Source: Armatimonadota bacterium
GTDB taxonomy: Bacteria; Armatimonadota; Fimbriimonadia; Fimbriimonadales; GBS-DC
Reading direction: 5' to 3'
Assembly (NCBI GenBank): GCA_037444405.1
Contig: JBBIML010000008.1
Location: forward strand, 154,957-218,956
DNA: 64,000 bases
Part shown: positions 1 through 10,568 of the stretch, piece after piece
Layout: each line of letters opens with the position of its first letter
Numbering within the stretch: position 1 is the stretch's first letter
Made by a program: the position numbers and the translations under genes
The notes under the pieces: generated by a model
What the model was told of the DNA's origin: nothing
Seen by the model: only the letters and a program-made list of their open reading frames with translations
Databases searched by the model: none

Positions 1-310
1 GGGGAGCGCCATCCACGAGGTCTTTGGCTTCCTTGAGACCGAGCTGGGTGACCTCGCGCACGACGCGCACCACCTGCAGCTTCTGGTCGCCCGCACTGGT
101 GAGGATGACATCGAAGGCGGTTTTCTCTTCAGCGGGGGCGGCTTCGGCGGGTGCGCCGGGCGCCATCATGCCGGGCATCGCAGCGACCGCGATGGGCGCG
201 GCAGCCGACACGCCGTACTTCTCCTGCAACGCTTTGACCAGCTCGTTCAGCTCCAGCACGGTCATCTCATCGATCGCCTGAATAATCTCTTCAGCGGTCA
301 GTTTTGCCAT
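1..310 (-). CDS. rplL: 50S ribosomal protein L7/L12 (3' end runs off the window)
   Basis: Manual translation from ATG at 310: [39 protein letters not shown]...[10 protein letters not shown]...[22 protein letters not shown] upstream; follows rplJ. Confidence 0.98.
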   Translation of the reverse strand, partial: MAKLTAEEIIQAIDEMTVLELNELVKALQEKYGVSAAAPIAVAAMPGMMAPGAPAEAAPAEEKTAFDVILTSAGDQKLQVVRVVREVTQLGLKEAKDLVDGAP

Positions 311-334
311 GGGTCTCGCCTCCTTCGTTTGGGT

Positions 335-856
335 TCAGGCTTGCGCCTTCTTATCGGCAACGGCTTGCAGTGTGCGCACGAACTGCCCGATCAGCTCGGA
401 GAGGGTGCCAACCAGCCCGCTGATAGGCGATTGCATTGCGCCGAGCAGCTGCGCCAGCATCACTTCGCGCGGGGGCAGTTTCGCCAGCTCCTCCACCGCG
501 CTGGCAGGGTAGACCCGCTGACCCAGCACGAGCGCCTTCACCTCCGATTTGCGCACCTGCTTGATGAACTCGACCAGCACCTTCGCGGCGGCTGCTTCGT
601 CGCCCTGAATGAAGGCGACCGCCGTCGGTCCGAACAGGTACGGTTCCAGTTCGGGCGGCAGGTTGCCATCGGCAGCGCGCCGATAGAGCGTGTTTTTGAC
701 CACATGCAGGTCAGCGCCCACCGCTCGCAGCTGACGGCGCAGGTCGGTAATCTCGCGCACGGTTAGCCCGCGATAGTCGGTCAGAATCTGCCCGCGCGCC
801 CGATTGAGCCATTGCCGAATCTGTTCCACCTGTGCCACCTTTTTGGGAGATGGCAT
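335..856 (-). CDS. rplJ: 50S ribosomal protein L10
   Basis: DYRGLTV...LRRQLR...VVKNTL...GPTAVAF...LAKLPPREVMLAQLLG motifs. ATG at 856 is preceded by AGGAGGTG. Confidence 0.97.
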   Translation of the reverse strand: MPSPKKVAQVEQIRQWLNRARGQILTDYRGLTVREITDLRRQLRAVGADLHVVKNTLYRRAADGNLPPELEPYLFGPTAVAFIQGDEAAAAKVLVEFIKQVRKSEVKALVLGQRVYPASAVEELAKLPPREVMLAQLLGAMQSPISGLVGTLSELIGQFVRTLQAVADKKAQA

Positions 857-944
857 CCGCTTCACCTCCTGTTATTAAATGCGAAAAGCGAGCCGTGCAG
901 ACCAGCAGGCTCGCACAACGATCCGATGGTGCCAGTCGCGGCGG

Positions 945-1056
945 CGCGAACGCCTCTTGCGACCGACATCCAGACCCCTTGCGCATCCCTCGGCAGGCGA
1001 GCCGAATGCTCGGATTATGCCCGCGAAGCGGGACACCTGCTGTCTGCGGTTATCGC
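945..1056 (-). promoter_or_regulatory. L10 leader (rplJL autoregulatory RNA)
   Basis: Minus strand reads ACCGCAGACAGCAGGUG...UAAU...CGCCUGCCGAGG, the hallmark L10-leader motifs, lying between the promoter and rplJ. Boundaries approximate. Confidence 0.85.
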
Positions 1057-1063
1057 AGAGACT

Positions 1064-1140
1064 ATTATACCCGCTCTGACACCGAAATCAAGCCCTTTCA
1101 TTCAGAGGGGACTTGCAAAACGCGCAATATGGGGTATAAT
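1064..1140. promoter_or_regulatory. Divergent sigma70-type promoters (rplJL and tlpA)
   Basis: Minus strand: TTGATT(1091-1086)-N16-TATAAT(1069-1064). Plus strand: TTGCAA(1113-1118)-N16-TATAAT(1135-1140). Confidence 0.7.
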
Positions 1141-1160
1141 AGCTTGTGGAGGTACACGCA

Positions 1161-1673
1161 ATGAGAAACTGGGTTCTGCCAGGGCTGTTGTTCGGAGTGG
1201 CACTGCTGCTGCTGTTCGTGGCGCCCGCTGGAGCAGAGCTGCGCGTGCGCCAGAAGCTGCCCGAAATGACCCTCACCGACCTCAAGGGCAACACGGTGAA
1301 ACTCGGCGGCAAGCAGGATAAAGTGTACCTGATCGACTTCTGGGCGACCTGGTGCGGTCCCTGCCGCGCCGCCATCCCCTTCCTGCAGGAGCTGCACGAT
1401 AAATACTCCAAGCGCGGGCTGGTGGTCGTCGGCATCGCGCTCGACTCTGGCTCCGAAGCGGAGGTGCGCGCCTTCGTGGAACATAACGAGATAACCTACA
1501 CCATCTGCGTGCCCAAAAACGAGGCAGAGGTTCAGCGCAAATATCGCATCAATGGCTACCCCACGATGTATATTGTGGACAAGAAGGGCGTTATCCGCTA
1601 TGTGGGTGTGGGCTACTCCGAAGAGGAAGAGGAAGTCATCCTCAAGGTGATTGCTGACACGCTGGCAGAGTGA
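1161..1673 (+). CDS. TlpA/ResA-family exported thiol-disulfide oxidoreductase
   Basis: Signal peptide, DFWATWCGPC active site, cis-Pro GYPT motif; SD GGAGG. Confidence 0.9.
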   Translation: MRNWVLPGLLFGVALLLLFVAPAGAELRVRQKLPEMTLTDLKGNTVKLGGKQDKVYLIDFWATWCGPCRAAIPFLQELHDKYSKRGLVVVGIALDSGSEAEVRAFVEHNEITYTICVPKNEAEVQRKYRINGYPTMYIVDKKGVIRYVGVGYSEEEEEVILKVIADTLAE

Positions 1674-1680
1674 ACGAATC

Positions 1681-4002
1681 ATGGAGGACGGTGAACGGCG
1701 GCTGCCGCAACCTGTCGTTGCGGTCGTTCGACAGCGGCTGGGTGCATCGGCGGTCGTTGAGTTTGGATTTGCATCTGATCTGACGCCTGAAGGGCGCTTC
1801 GGGGAGACATGGCTGGTGCTGGCGTACCCGTCTGAGCAGCAGCTCGGCTCCCTGCAAGACGCCTTACTGCTGGTTATCGGCGTCCAGCATGCTCTGATTG
1901 CGAACAGCACCAGCGCACGCCTGCCCTGGTTGCGCCGCGACAAGCCCTCCGATGAAGAAGAGACCCGCACCCTTCTTTATCTTGACCTGCCGCTGGCTCA
2001 GGTCGAATCGGTGCGCATCACGCAGCTGGTGGGCGCGTCCGCGCTGGAGGTGGTGCTGCCTGATCAGCGGGTCATCGAACTGATCCGATTCAGCCATGCG
2101 CTCACCAATCTGTTCGGGCAGGTCAAGACGCGGCTGGAGGCGATGCTCAATCATGAGGAGCCGCCCCCGTTCGAGAAAAAGCAGTCGGTGTGCGAGCGGT
2201 GCGGGCGCCCCATCCCCGACGACTCGCTGTCGTGCCCTGCGTGCCGCTCGCAGAAACAGGTGCTGGTGCGCCTGATGCTGCTTGTGCGACCCTACTGGCG
2301 CTATATGGCGCTCGCCAGCCTCCTGGCGATGCTCAGCGCCGCCGTTGAGCTGACCCCGCCTTATCTGACCAAAGTGCTGATCGACGAGGTGCTGGTACCC
2401 CGCGCGAACGCGCAGCTGTTCGTGTGGCTGCTGCTGGGACTGGTGGGATTGCGCCTGCTGGGGACAGGCATCAACATTGCGCGCGGGCGGCTCAACGCCT
2501 GGCTGGGCAGTCGCATCGCGTTCGAACTGCGCTCGAAACTGTTTGAGCACCTGCAGTGGCTCTCGCTCAGCTATTTCGATCGGCGTCAGACGGGCGCGAT
2601 CATGAGCCGCGTGACGCGCGACACCGATGCCCTCTACGACTTCCTGGTCAACAGCGCGCCCACCATCACGCTCAACCTGCTGATGGTGCTGGGCATCGGC
2701 ACGGTGATGGTGCTGATGGACTGGCAGCTGAGCCTGCTGGTGCTGGTGCCCGCGCCGCTGATTGTGATGCTCTCGCGCCATGCATGGCAGCGCGTGATCC
2801 GCATCTGGCGACGGCACTGGTATCGCTGGTCGCGCCTGACCGCGCACTTAGGTGGCACGCTCTCAGGCATTCGCGAGGTCAAAGCCTTCACGCAGGAAGA
2901 GCGCGAAATCAGCGCTTTCAATCGGCGCAACTTCGAAATCGCCGAATCGGGTGAGATGGCGGGCAAAATCAACGCCAGCGTCTTCCCGCTCATCTCCTTC
3001 CTGGTGATGTCCAGCTCCTTCGTCATCTGGTATGTGGGCGGGCGCGGCGTGCTGAACGGCACCTTCGAACTGGGCACGCTGGTCGCCTTCCTCGCCTACA
3101 TCGGCATGCTGTTCGGACCGCTGAGCATCATCACCAACATCATGGACTGGGCGTCGCGCACCGTGACGGCAGCCGAGCGCGTGTTCGAACTGCTCGACAC
3201 CGAGCCCGAAGTGCGCGACCGACCCGACGCAAAGCCGCTGCCCGAAGTCAAAGGCGAGATTATCTTTGAGGATGTTACCTTCGGCTACGAGAAGTATCAT
3301 CCCGTGTTGCACGACATCAATCTACACATTCGCCCTGGCGAGATGATCGGGCTGGTGGGTCCGTCGGGCGCAGGCAAAAGCACGCTGATCAATCTGGTGT
3401 GCCGCTTCTACGACCCCACGCGCGGGCGGATACTGATCGACGGGCACGACCTGCGCGAGGTGCGCATGCGCGATCTGCGGCGACATATCGGCGTGGTGCT
3501 GCAGGACACCTTCCTCTTTCCGGGCACGATTCGGGACAACATCGCCTACGCGCGTCCCGAAGCCACCCAGGAAGAGATTATCGCCGCCGCCAAAGCCGCT
3601 AATGCGCACGATTTCATCATGCGCTTCCCCGATGGCTACGATACATGGGTGGGCGAGCGGGGGCACCGGCTGTCGGGCGGCGAGCGCCAGCGCATCGCGA
3701 TTGCCCGCGCCATCCTGCGCAACCCCAAAATCCTCATTCTGGACGAGGCGACCGCCTCTGTGGACACCGAGACCGAACGCCTCATCCAGGAAGCGCTGGA
3801 GCGGCTCGTGCAGAACCGCACTACCATCGCGATTGCGCACCGACTCAGCACCCTGCGCAACGCCGACCGACTGGTAGTGCTGGAGCGGGGACGCATCGTG
3901 GAGACGGGCACGCATGACGACCTGATAGAAAAGGGTGGCGTGTACCATCGCCTTGTCACGATGCAGATGGAGCTGAGCAAATCGCGCCTGTTTGTGGGCT
4001 AA
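1681..4002 (+). CDS. ABC exporter (TMD+NBD) with long N-terminal extension and CxxC-CxxC motif
   Basis: GPSGAGKS, LSGGERQR and ILDEATA motifs; 6-TM domain; N-terminal ~190 aa ending CERCG...CPAC. Confidence 0.92.
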   Translation: MEDGERRLPQPVVAVVRQRLGASAVVEFGFASDLTPEGRFGETWLVLAYPSEQQLGSLQDALLLVIGVQHALIANSTSARLPWLRRDKPSDEEETRTLLYLDLPLAQVESVRITQLVGASALEVVLPDQRVIELIRFSHALTNLFGQVKTRLEAMLNHEEPPPFEKKQSVCERCGRPIPDDSLSCPACRSQKQVLVRLMLLVRPYWRYMALASLLAMLSAAVELTPPYLTKVLIDEVLVPRANAQLFVWLLLGLVGLRLLGTGINIARGRLNAWLGSRIAFELRSKLFEHLQWLSLSYFDRRQTGAIMSRVTRDTDALYDFLVNSAPTITLNLLMVLGIGTVMVLMDWQLSLLVLVPAPLIVMLSRHAWQRVIRIWRRHWYRWSRLTAHLGGTLSGIREVKAFTQEEREISAFNRRNFEIAESGEMAGKINASVFPLISFLVMSSSFVIWYVGGRGVLNGTFELGTLVAFLAYIGMLFGPLSIITNIMDWASRTVTAAERVFELLDTEPEVRDRPDAKPLPEVKGEIIFEDVTFGYEKYHPVLHDINLHIRPGEMIGLVGPSGAGKSTLINLVCRFYDPTRGRILIDGHDLREVRMRDLRRHIGVVLQDTFLFPGTIRDNIAYARPEATQEEIIAAAKAANAHDFIMRFPDGYDTWVGERGHRLSGGERQRIAIARAILRNPKILILDEATASVDTETERLIQEALERLVQNRTTIAIAHRLSTLRNADRLVVLERGRIVETGTHDDLIEKGGVYHRLVTMQMELSKSRLFVG

Positions 4003-4021
4003 GAGGAGGTATCCTCAAGGC

Positions 4022-5191
4022 GTGATTGAAGGCACGCTCTGGCTGAAGGCGGGGCGCGAGAAGAAAATCCGCCATCTCTACCCGTGGGTTCAGCGTGGGG
4101 AGGTTGCGCGTGTGGACGGCTCGCCCACCGACGGTGGTCTGGTTCACCTGCGGGCGCACGATGGCAGCTGGCTCGGCATCGCCACCTACAACAGCCGCAG
4201 CCGATTCCCCGCCCGCATCCTGACCCTTCAGGATGAAGCCATCGACACCACCTTCTTCGCCCGCCGATTACAACATGCCCTGCAACTGCGCCAGCGACTG
4301 ATCAGCGACACCAACGCCTATCGCCTGCTGTTCGGCGAGGCGGACGGCGTACCCGGACTGATTGTGGATCGATATGCAGACTATCTGATCGTGCAGGTAC
4401 GCACGCTGGGCATGGAGCGTCTCAAACCACTCTGGCTCCCTGCGCTGATAGAGGTTCTCCAGCCTGCAGGCATACTGGAGCGCAGTGAGATGGAATCGCG
4501 CCAGGAGGAGGGACTAACGCCCTTCACGGGCATCCTGCACGGCGAAGTGCCAGAGCTGATCCCCATCACAGAAAGCGAGCTGCAGTTCCTTGTGCCCACG
4601 CGAAGCGGGCTGAAAACGGGCTTCTATCTGGATCAGCGCGAGAATCGGCGGCAACTTGCGCGCATGGTTCAGCCAGATGAGCGTGTGCTGGACCTGTTCT
4701 GCTACACGGGCGCGTTCGCGCTCTACGCCGCACGAGCAGGCGCACAAGCCATCGGCGTCGATATTCTGCCCGAAGCGATTGCGCTCGCCCGCCAGCACGC
4801 CGAAATGAACCATCTGCAGGCAGAGTGGGTGGTCGCAAACGCCTTCGAGTGGCTGCCGGCTGCTGCCGAGCGCAGCGAGCTGTTTGACTGGGTGATTCTG
4901 GACCCGCCTGCAATTGCCAAGCGGCGCGAGCAGCGCGAATCGCTGCGCTGGGCGCTCTGGAAACTGGTCTATCACGCGCTCCCCCTCCTGAAACCGAACG
5001 GGCGATTGCTGGTGTGCAGTTGTGCCTACGCGCTGGATTTGAGCCTGATGGTGGACACCGTCCGCCTCGCCGCGCACGACAGGCAGCGCCCGCTCTATCT
5101 GGAAGATGTCTCCTTCCAGTCGCCCGACCACCCCTTCCTGATGCAGTTCCCCGAAAGCCTTTACCTGAAATGCCTCTGGCTGCGAGTTTAA
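4022..5191 (+). CDS. RlmI/RlmK-like class I SAM-dependent rRNA methyltransferase
   Basis: PUA-like N-terminus, GEADGVPGLIVDRY, KTGFYLDQRENR, LDLFCYTGAF, ILDPP. GTG start after AGGAGG. Confidence 0.9.
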   Translation: MIEGTLWLKAGREKKIRHLYPWVQRGEVARVDGSPTDGGLVHLRAHDGSWLGIATYNSRSRFPARILTLQDEAIDTTFFARRLQHALQLRQRLISDTNAYRLLFGEADGVPGLIVDRYADYLIVQVRTLGMERLKPLWLPALIEVLQPAGILERSEMESRQEEGLTPFTGILHGEVPELIPITESELQFLVPTRSGLKTGFYLDQRENRRQLARMVQPDERVLDLFCYTGAFALYAARAGAQAIGVDILPEAIALARQHAEMNHLQAEWVVANAFEWLPAAAERSELFDWVILDPPAIAKRREQRESLRWALWKLVYHALPLLKPNGRLLVCSCAYALDLSLMVDTVRLAAHDRQRPLYLEDVSFQSPDHPFLMQFPESLYLKCLWLRV

Positions 5192-5860
5192 TTAATCGCG
5201 TTTGACCAGTTGCCCATCGCGCAGCGAGTAGACCGTATCGCAATAGCTGAGCATGAGGGGGTCATGGGTGACCAGCACAACGGCGCCCTCACCGCGATGT
5301 TGCGTCAGCAGTTCCAGCACCTGCAGACCCGTTTGCTGATCGAGCGCGGCGGTCGGCTCGTCGGCGAAGACGACCTCGGGTTCCATCAGCAGGGCGCGCG
5401 CCACACAAACGCGCTGTCGCTCGCCGCCAGAGAGCGCGGCGGGATAGCGGTGCGCCAGCTCGCTCAAGCCGAGCGCCTCCAGCAGTTGATGCGCCCGCGC
5501 CGCCCACGCCCGCGAATCGGGCGCACTCACCAGCAGATTCTCCAGCACCGTCAGATAGCCCAGCAGATAGGGCTGCTGGAACACGAACCCGAAGCGCGTG
5601 CGCCGAATCGCGCTGCGCTCCGCATCGCTCATCGCCGCATAACTGCGACCCTGATAGGCGACCGTGCCCGCCGTCGGCATCTTCAGACCGCTCAGCAAAT
5701 ATAGCAGCGAACTCTTGCCCGAACCCGACGGACCCTCAATCCCCACGAACTCGCCCCGATGCACGCGCAGCGACACCTCACGCACCGCATGCACCACACG
5801 CTTACCATCCCGATAGAGCAGGCTCGCCCCACGCGCTTCAATCAGAACCGGCTTATCCAC
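5192..5860 (-). CDS. ABC transporter ATP-binding protein (LolD/MacB-like)
   Basis: GPSGSGKS, LSGGERQR, ADEPTAALD and VTHD motifs. Confidence 0.92.
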   Translation of the reverse strand: MDKPVLIEARGASLLYRDGKRVVHAVREVSLRVHRGEFVGIEGPSGSGKSSLLYLLSGLKMPTAGTVAYQGRSYAAMSDAERSAIRRTRFGFVFQQPYLLGYLTVLENLLVSAPDSRAWAARAHQLLEALGLSELAHRYPAALSGGERQRVCVARALLMEPEVVFADEPTAALDQQTGLQVLELLTQHRGEGAVVLVTHDPLMLSYCDTVYSLRDGQLVKRD

Positions 5861-5913
5861 CGAAAGGGTATAATACCCGCGCGTTGCAACGAACGCGGCA
5901 AGGAGGACGAACG

Positions 5914-6639
5914 ATGAGAAACGGTATTCGTGTGATGACGCTGACGATGCTCAGCGCGATGCTGGTGGCGCTAACTGCCGCCCAGGAGGAGTACACCCTC
6001 AAACTCCAAGTGAAAGAGGGCGATGTCTTCAAGTACCGCTTCACGATGGAAATCACCTTCGGGGACCAGTCCGCCGTATTCACGATGAACCTGACCAACA
6101 AGGTCATCAAGGTGGAGTCGAACGGCGATATCGTGTTCGAGGGCAGTTCCAGCGATGGAATGGTCAAGTTCGGCGAACAGGAGATGCCTGTTCCTGCCTC
6201 GCCCCCCACCAGAACCACTTTCAAGCCGAACGGCACACCCACCAAGGTTGAAGGCGGACGAAACCCGGAGAGCGAGATGCGGATGGCGCGTCTGAACAGC
6301 CTGCTGTTCCCCGATAAGGCGGTCAAGATTGGCGACAAGTGGAACGGCGAGCTGAAGGGCGAAGGCAACCTCCCCACGCTCAAAGCCGAGTACGAGCTGG
6401 TCGCCAAAGAGAAGGTGGGTGATATAGAGGCGCTCAAAATCAAGTTCAACATCCAGGAGGTGGCGGCGCAGTCGGGCGAGTCGTCCACCATGAACACACC
6501 CACCACGATGAGTGGCTTTATCTGGATCGATCCGAAAACGGGCATGCTGGTTCGCATGAACGGTTCGGTCAAGGGCATGCCGGCGGAGGGTGCGCCCATG
6601 CCGCTGGACGGCACACTGACGATGGAGCGCATCCCCTGA
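5914..6639 (+). CDS. Secreted beta-rich hypothetical protein (DUF6263-like)
   Basis: Signal peptide ending TAA-Q; 'FPDKAVKIGDKW' motif; SD AGGAGG. Confidence 0.75.
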   Translation: MRNGIRVMTLTMLSAMLVALTAAQEEYTLKLQVKEGDVFKYRFTMEITFGDQSAVFTMNLTNKVIKVESNGDIVFEGSSSDGMVKFGEQEMPVPASPPTRTTFKPNGTPTKVEGGRNPESEMRMARLNSLLFPDKAVKIGDKWNGELKGEGNLPTLKAEYELVAKEKVGDIEALKIKFNIQEVAAQSGESSTMNTPTTMSGFIWIDPKTGMLVRMNGSVKGMPAEGAPMPLDGTLTMERIP

Positions 6640-6643
6640 TTCG

Positions 6644-6680
6644 CCCTCACCCCCTCTCCCACAGCGTGGGAGAGGGGGGC
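6644..6680. repeat. CCCTCACCCC...CTCTCCC...GGGAGAGGGG palindromic intergenic repeat
   Basis: Hairpin CCCCCTCTCCCAC-AGC-GTGGGAGAGGGGG; related copies at 20325-20361 and 59968-60061. Confidence 0.75.
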
Positions 6681-6685
6681 AAAAA

Positions 6686-7735
6686 ATGAGCTATCGAGTA
6701 GCGATTGTTGGTGCGACGGGCGCGGTGGGCATGGAACTGCTGCGGATTCTGGAGGAGCGGCGGTTCCCTGTTGATTCGTTGCGCCTGTTCGCGTCGGAGC
6801 GCTCAGCAGGACGGCAACTGCCCTTTCAGGGTGAGCCAATCCCTGTGGAGCCGCTATCCGCCGATGCGTTCAGAGGGGTCGATATCGCCTTCTTTTCGGC
6901 GGGCGCAGCGTGCAGTCGGTCCTTCGTACCGCTCGCGGTGCAGGCGGGCGCGCTGGTGATCGATAACTCCTCTGCCTTCCGCATGGAGCCGAACATCCCG
7001 CTCGTCATCCCCGAAATCAATGGCGAGGCGGCGCATCGGCATCAGGGCATTATCGCGAACCCGAACTGCTCCACCATTATCCTGCTGATGGCGCTGGCGC
7101 CCCTGCGACAGCTGAGCCGCATCCAACGGATTATTGTGTCCACCTATCAGGCGGCGAGCGGGGCAGGCGCCCGCGCCATGCAGGAACTGCTTGACGCAAC
7201 CCGCGCCTACTTGCAGGGCGAGCCGTTCGAGCCGCAGGCGCTGCCCCACCCCTGCGCGTTCAATCTCTTCTCCCATAACTCACCCATTGGCGCCGATGGC
7301 TATAACGAGGAGGAGCGCAAGATTATTTTTGAGTCGCGCAAGATTCTGAACGAGCCAGAGCTGGCAATCTCGGCGACCTGCGTCCGCGTGCCCGTGCTGC
7401 GAGCGCACAGCGAGAGCATCCATGTGGAGCTGGAGCATCGTCCGCCTCTCGAAGCCGTCTATGAAGCCTATCGTGCCTTCAGGGGTGTGCGTCTGGTGGA
7501 CGACCGCGAGCGCAACCACTTCCCGATGCCCATCGAGGCAACAGGGCAGGACGAGGTGCTGGTCGGGCGACTGCGAGAGGATACCGCGCTTCCCAACGGG
7601 CTGGCGCTGTTCGCCTGCGGCGACCAGCTGCGCAAAGGGGCGGCATTAAATGCCATTCAGATTGCAGAAATCGTCATGGGGCTATGCCCGCAAGGGGCAG
7701 TCCCAGCGTCGGTTCCCAGCCCATCAGCAGATTGA
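6686..7735 (+). CDS. asd: Aspartate-semialdehyde dehydrogenase
   Basis: VGATGAVG, IDNSSAFRM, ANPNCST, TCVRVPV and DQLRKGAALNA motifs. Confidence 0.97.
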   Translation: MSYRVAIVGATGAVGMELLRILEERRFPVDSLRLFASERSAGRQLPFQGEPIPVEPLSADAFRGVDIAFFSAGAACSRSFVPLAVQAGALVIDNSSAFRMEPNIPLVIPEINGEAAHRHQGIIANPNCSTIILLMALAPLRQLSRIQRIIVSTYQAASGAGARAMQELLDATRAYLQGEPFEPQALPHPCAFNLFSHNSPIGADGYNEEERKIIFESRKILNEPELAISATCVRVPVLRAHSESIHVELEHRPPLEAVYEAYRAFRGVRLVDDRERNHFPMPIEATGQDEVLVGRLREDTALPNGLALFACGDQLRKGAALNAIQIAEIVMGLCPQGAVPASVPSPSAD

Positions 7736-8732
7736 GATTCTGAATCGCCTGACCTGCCGCACCCTTCACCAGATTGTCAATCACGCTGATAACCACCGCC
7801 ATCTGCATACGGGCGTCGATGGTCAAGCCAATATCGCATCGATTGGAGCCATACACATGGCGGGTGGCGGGGAAATCGCCCAGCGGGCGCACCACCACAA
7901 ACGGCTGATCGCCATAGAAGGTGGTGTAGAGCGTGTGCAGGTCATTCAGAGCAACGGGATGCTTCAGTCGGGCGTACGCCGTGCAGAGAATGCCGCGCGT
8001 CATTGGCACCAGATGCGGCGTGAAGCGCACCCGCACCGGCTGATGAGCGACGCCGCTTAGCGTCTGCTCGATCTCGGGCGTGTGGCGATGGCGCTCCACA
8101 CCGTACGCCTTGAAGTTCTCGTCCAGCTCCGTATAGAGATAGTCCACGCTAACGCGCGAGCGTCCCGCGCCCGATACGCCCGACTTCGCATCGATAACGA
8201 TGCAGTCGGCGTCCGCCAGCCGCGCATGCAAAAGCGGCGCAAGTGCCAGTGCGCTCGCCGTCGGGTAGCAACCGGGGTTCGCAATCAGTGGGGTATAGCG
8301 ATAGGCGTCCGGTGGGGTGAGTTCAGGCAGTCCGTAGAGCGCCTCCCGCAACAGCTCAGGTGCGCGATGCGGTATGCCGTACCACTCCTGAAACAGTGCG
8401 GGATCGCGCAGGCGGAAATCGGCGGAGAGGTCGATCACGCGCACGCCTTTTTTGAGCAGTGCGGGCGCATGCTCCATCGCGAAGCCCGTCTCGCCCGCCA
8501 GGAACACCACCTCACAACTGCTCGCCAGCTGATCGGGGTCGAACGCGCTCAGCGGGGGCAGTTTGAGTCCGTTCAGGTGAGGCAGGACCTGTGCCAGCGG
8601 CTTGCCCGCCTCCGAGCGCGAGACGAGCGCGCTGATGCGCGCGCGCGAATGACCGCTCAACAGGCGCACCAACTCCGCGCCTGTGTAGCCCGTCGCGCCC
8701 ACAATCCCAACGGCAACGCACGATTCGCTCAT
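7674..8732 (-). CDS. argC: N-acetyl-gamma-glutamyl-phosphate reductase
   Basis: [30 protein letters not shown] and [11 protein letters not shown] motifs. Confidence 0.97.
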   Translation of the reverse strand: MSESCVAVGIVGATGYTGAELVRLLSGHSRARISALVSRSEAGKPLAQVLPHLNGLKLPPLSAFDPDQLASSCEVVFLAGETGFAMEHAPALLKKGVRVIDLSADFRLRDPALFQEWYGIPHRAPELLREALYGLPELTPPDAYRYTPLIANPGCYPTASALALAPLLHARLADADCIVIDAKSGVSGAGRSRVSVDYLYTELDENFKAYGVERHRHTPEIEQTLSGVAHQPVRVRFTPHLVPMTRGILCTAYARLKHPVALNDLHTLYTTFYGDQPFVVVRPLGDFPATRHVYGSNRCDIGLTIDARMQMAVVISVIDNLVKGAAGQAIQNLNLLMGWEPTLGLPLAGIAP

Positions 8733-9154
8733 TCAATCAGCTCCTCCGGGCGGAACCAGAGGTTAATTTCGTACTCGGCGGCTTCGGGGTCCGAGGAGCC
8801 GTGGATGATGTTACGCTCGATGTCCAGCCCGAAGTCGCCCCGAATGGTGCCCGGCGCCGCGTTCAGCGGGTTAGTCGCGCCCATCATCTGGCGCACCGTC
8901 TCGATGGCGTTCGGGCACTCCAGCACCATCGCGACCACCGGTCCCGAGGTGATGAAGTTCACCACGCTCTCAAAGAAGGGTTTCTCACGATGGACGGCAT
9001 AGTGGCGTTCCGCCAGTTCGCGCGTGGGACGGAGCATTTTGAGTCCCACGATGCGGATGCCGCGCCGCTCGAAGCGGGCGATAATCTCGCCCACCAGCCC
9101 GCGCTGAACACCATCCGGCTTCACAAAGACCAGCGTTCGTGTCGGGGTTCCCAT
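8729..9154 (-). CDS. ndk: Nucleoside diphosphate kinase
   Basis: [20 protein letters not shown] and NIIHGS motifs. Confidence 0.98.
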   Translation of the reverse strand: MGTPTRTLVFVKPDGVQRGLVGEIIARFERRGIRIVGLKMLRPTRELAERHYAVHREKPFFESVVNFITSGPVVAMVLECPNAIETVRQMMGATNPLNAAPGTIRGDFGLDIERNIIHGSSDPEAAEYEINLWFRPEELIE

Positions 9155-9242
9155 CTTGCCTCAGGGAGAGTATACCCCCAATTGGATGCGCAGGGGCGCA
9201 CCCTTGCCTGATGCTCCATCAACGGTATAATTAAAGGGCAAA

Positions 9243-10568
9243 ATGGCAACACGGGGCTGGCTGAAGGCAGGGTTGCTGACGGGATTGAGCCTGATTGGAC
9301 TGGCACTGGGAGTGTCGCTGTGGCGGCTAAGCCCTCATGCGCCGTTCTCTCCCCATTTCTATCTGATGAACCTCTCGCTCAGGGGCGTGCGACCCGCTCA
9401 GCTCACGGACTGGCTGAACCAGCTCCAGAATCGGCTGAGCGAGATGCCTGTGCGGGCGGAGCCGATGCCCCAGGCGGTCAGCCCTCTGCGCGAGTGGGGC
9501 GTTCAGCTCGACATCCCGCGCACGCGCGAGGCGATCCTGCAGGCGTGGGCGAAGGTTCCCCTCTGGCAACGGCTGCTGGGCAGCGCCCGCGCTCGCATCA
9601 CCCCCCACTGGCAGGTGGATGAGCCGCTCTTCCAGCAGCGCTTGCAGGCATTTAAGGGGCTGGAGCGTCCGCCCCGCGACGCCCGCATCCGCTATCGACA
9701 GGGCACAATCGAAATCGTGCCCGAACAGATGGGGCTGAAACTCTCGATAGAGGGCAGTCGGCAGAATCTCTTGCAGGCGTGCCAGCAGGCGAACCTCGCC
9801 GACGAGTCGGCGGAGGGCATCGTGTTCCCGCTCGCGCTGGAGCCTGTCCCGCCACGCCTCACCCGCGAGCAGCTGCAACCCATTCAGGGCGTGATCGGGG
9901 CGTACACCACGCGCTTTCCGGGCTATCAGGTGAATCGCAACCACAACATTCGACTGGCGGCGACGGCATTAGATGGGCGCGTGCTGCTGCCGGGCGAGCG
10001 GCTCTCCTTCAACGCGGCGGTCGGACGGCGCACGCTTCAGCAGGGCTTCCGCCTCGCGCCGATTCTGGTGCGCGGACAGAAGCGGCTGGGCGTCGGCGGC
10101 GGCATCTGTCAGGTCTCCTCCACCCTGTTCAACGCCGCGCTGTTAGCCGACCTGAAGATTGTCAAACGCACGAATCACGGCATCCCCGTGCCCTATGTGC
10201 CGCTGGGGCGCGATGCGACCGTCACCGACACGGGGCTAGATCTGGTGATAGAGAACCCTCTGCCGACGCCCGTGGCGATTACCACCGAGCTGGGGCGTTC
10301 ATCCATCACGGTGCGGGTGCTGGGTGTGCCGATGGAGGGTCGGCAGGTACGCCTGCAGACCCAGTGGTTGCGTTCGAAAGGGCGTCGCGTCGCCCTCTGG
10401 CGACTGGTGTACGAGAACGGGGCACTCATCCGCCGCGAGCGCGTGGCAATCAGCAGTTATCGTTCACCACAACCGCCCGACCAGACGCCTCAAAAGCCCT
10501 CTCGCGTCGAGCAGCCAGCGCCCGCAAGGGCTGACGAGTCCGCCACCGAATCGGTTAGCCAGCCGTGA
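9243..10568 (+). CDS. VanW-family membrane-anchored protein
   Basis: N-terminal TM segment; [29 protein letters not shown] and YVPLGRDAT motifs. Confidence 0.9.
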   Translation: MATRGWLKAGLLTGLSLIGLALGVSLWRLSPHAPFSPHFYLMNLSLRGVRPAQLTDWLNQLQNRLSEMPVRAEPMPQAVSPLREWGVQLDIPRTREAILQAWAKVPLWQRLLGSARARITPHWQVDEPLFQQRLQAFKGLERPPRDARIRYRQGTIEIVPEQMGLKLSIEGSRQNLLQACQQANLADESAEGIVFPLALEPVPPRLTREQLQPIQGVIGAYTTRFPGYQVNRNHNIRLAATALDGRVLLPGERLSFNAAVGRRTLQQGFRLAPILVRGQKRLGVGGGICQVSSTLFNAALLADLKIVKRTNHGIPVPYVPLGRDATVTDTGLDLVIENPLPTPVAITTELGRSSITVRVLGVPMEGRQVRLQTQWLRSKGRRVALWRLVYENGALIRRERVAISSYRSPQPPDQTPQKPSRVEQPAPARADESATESVSQP

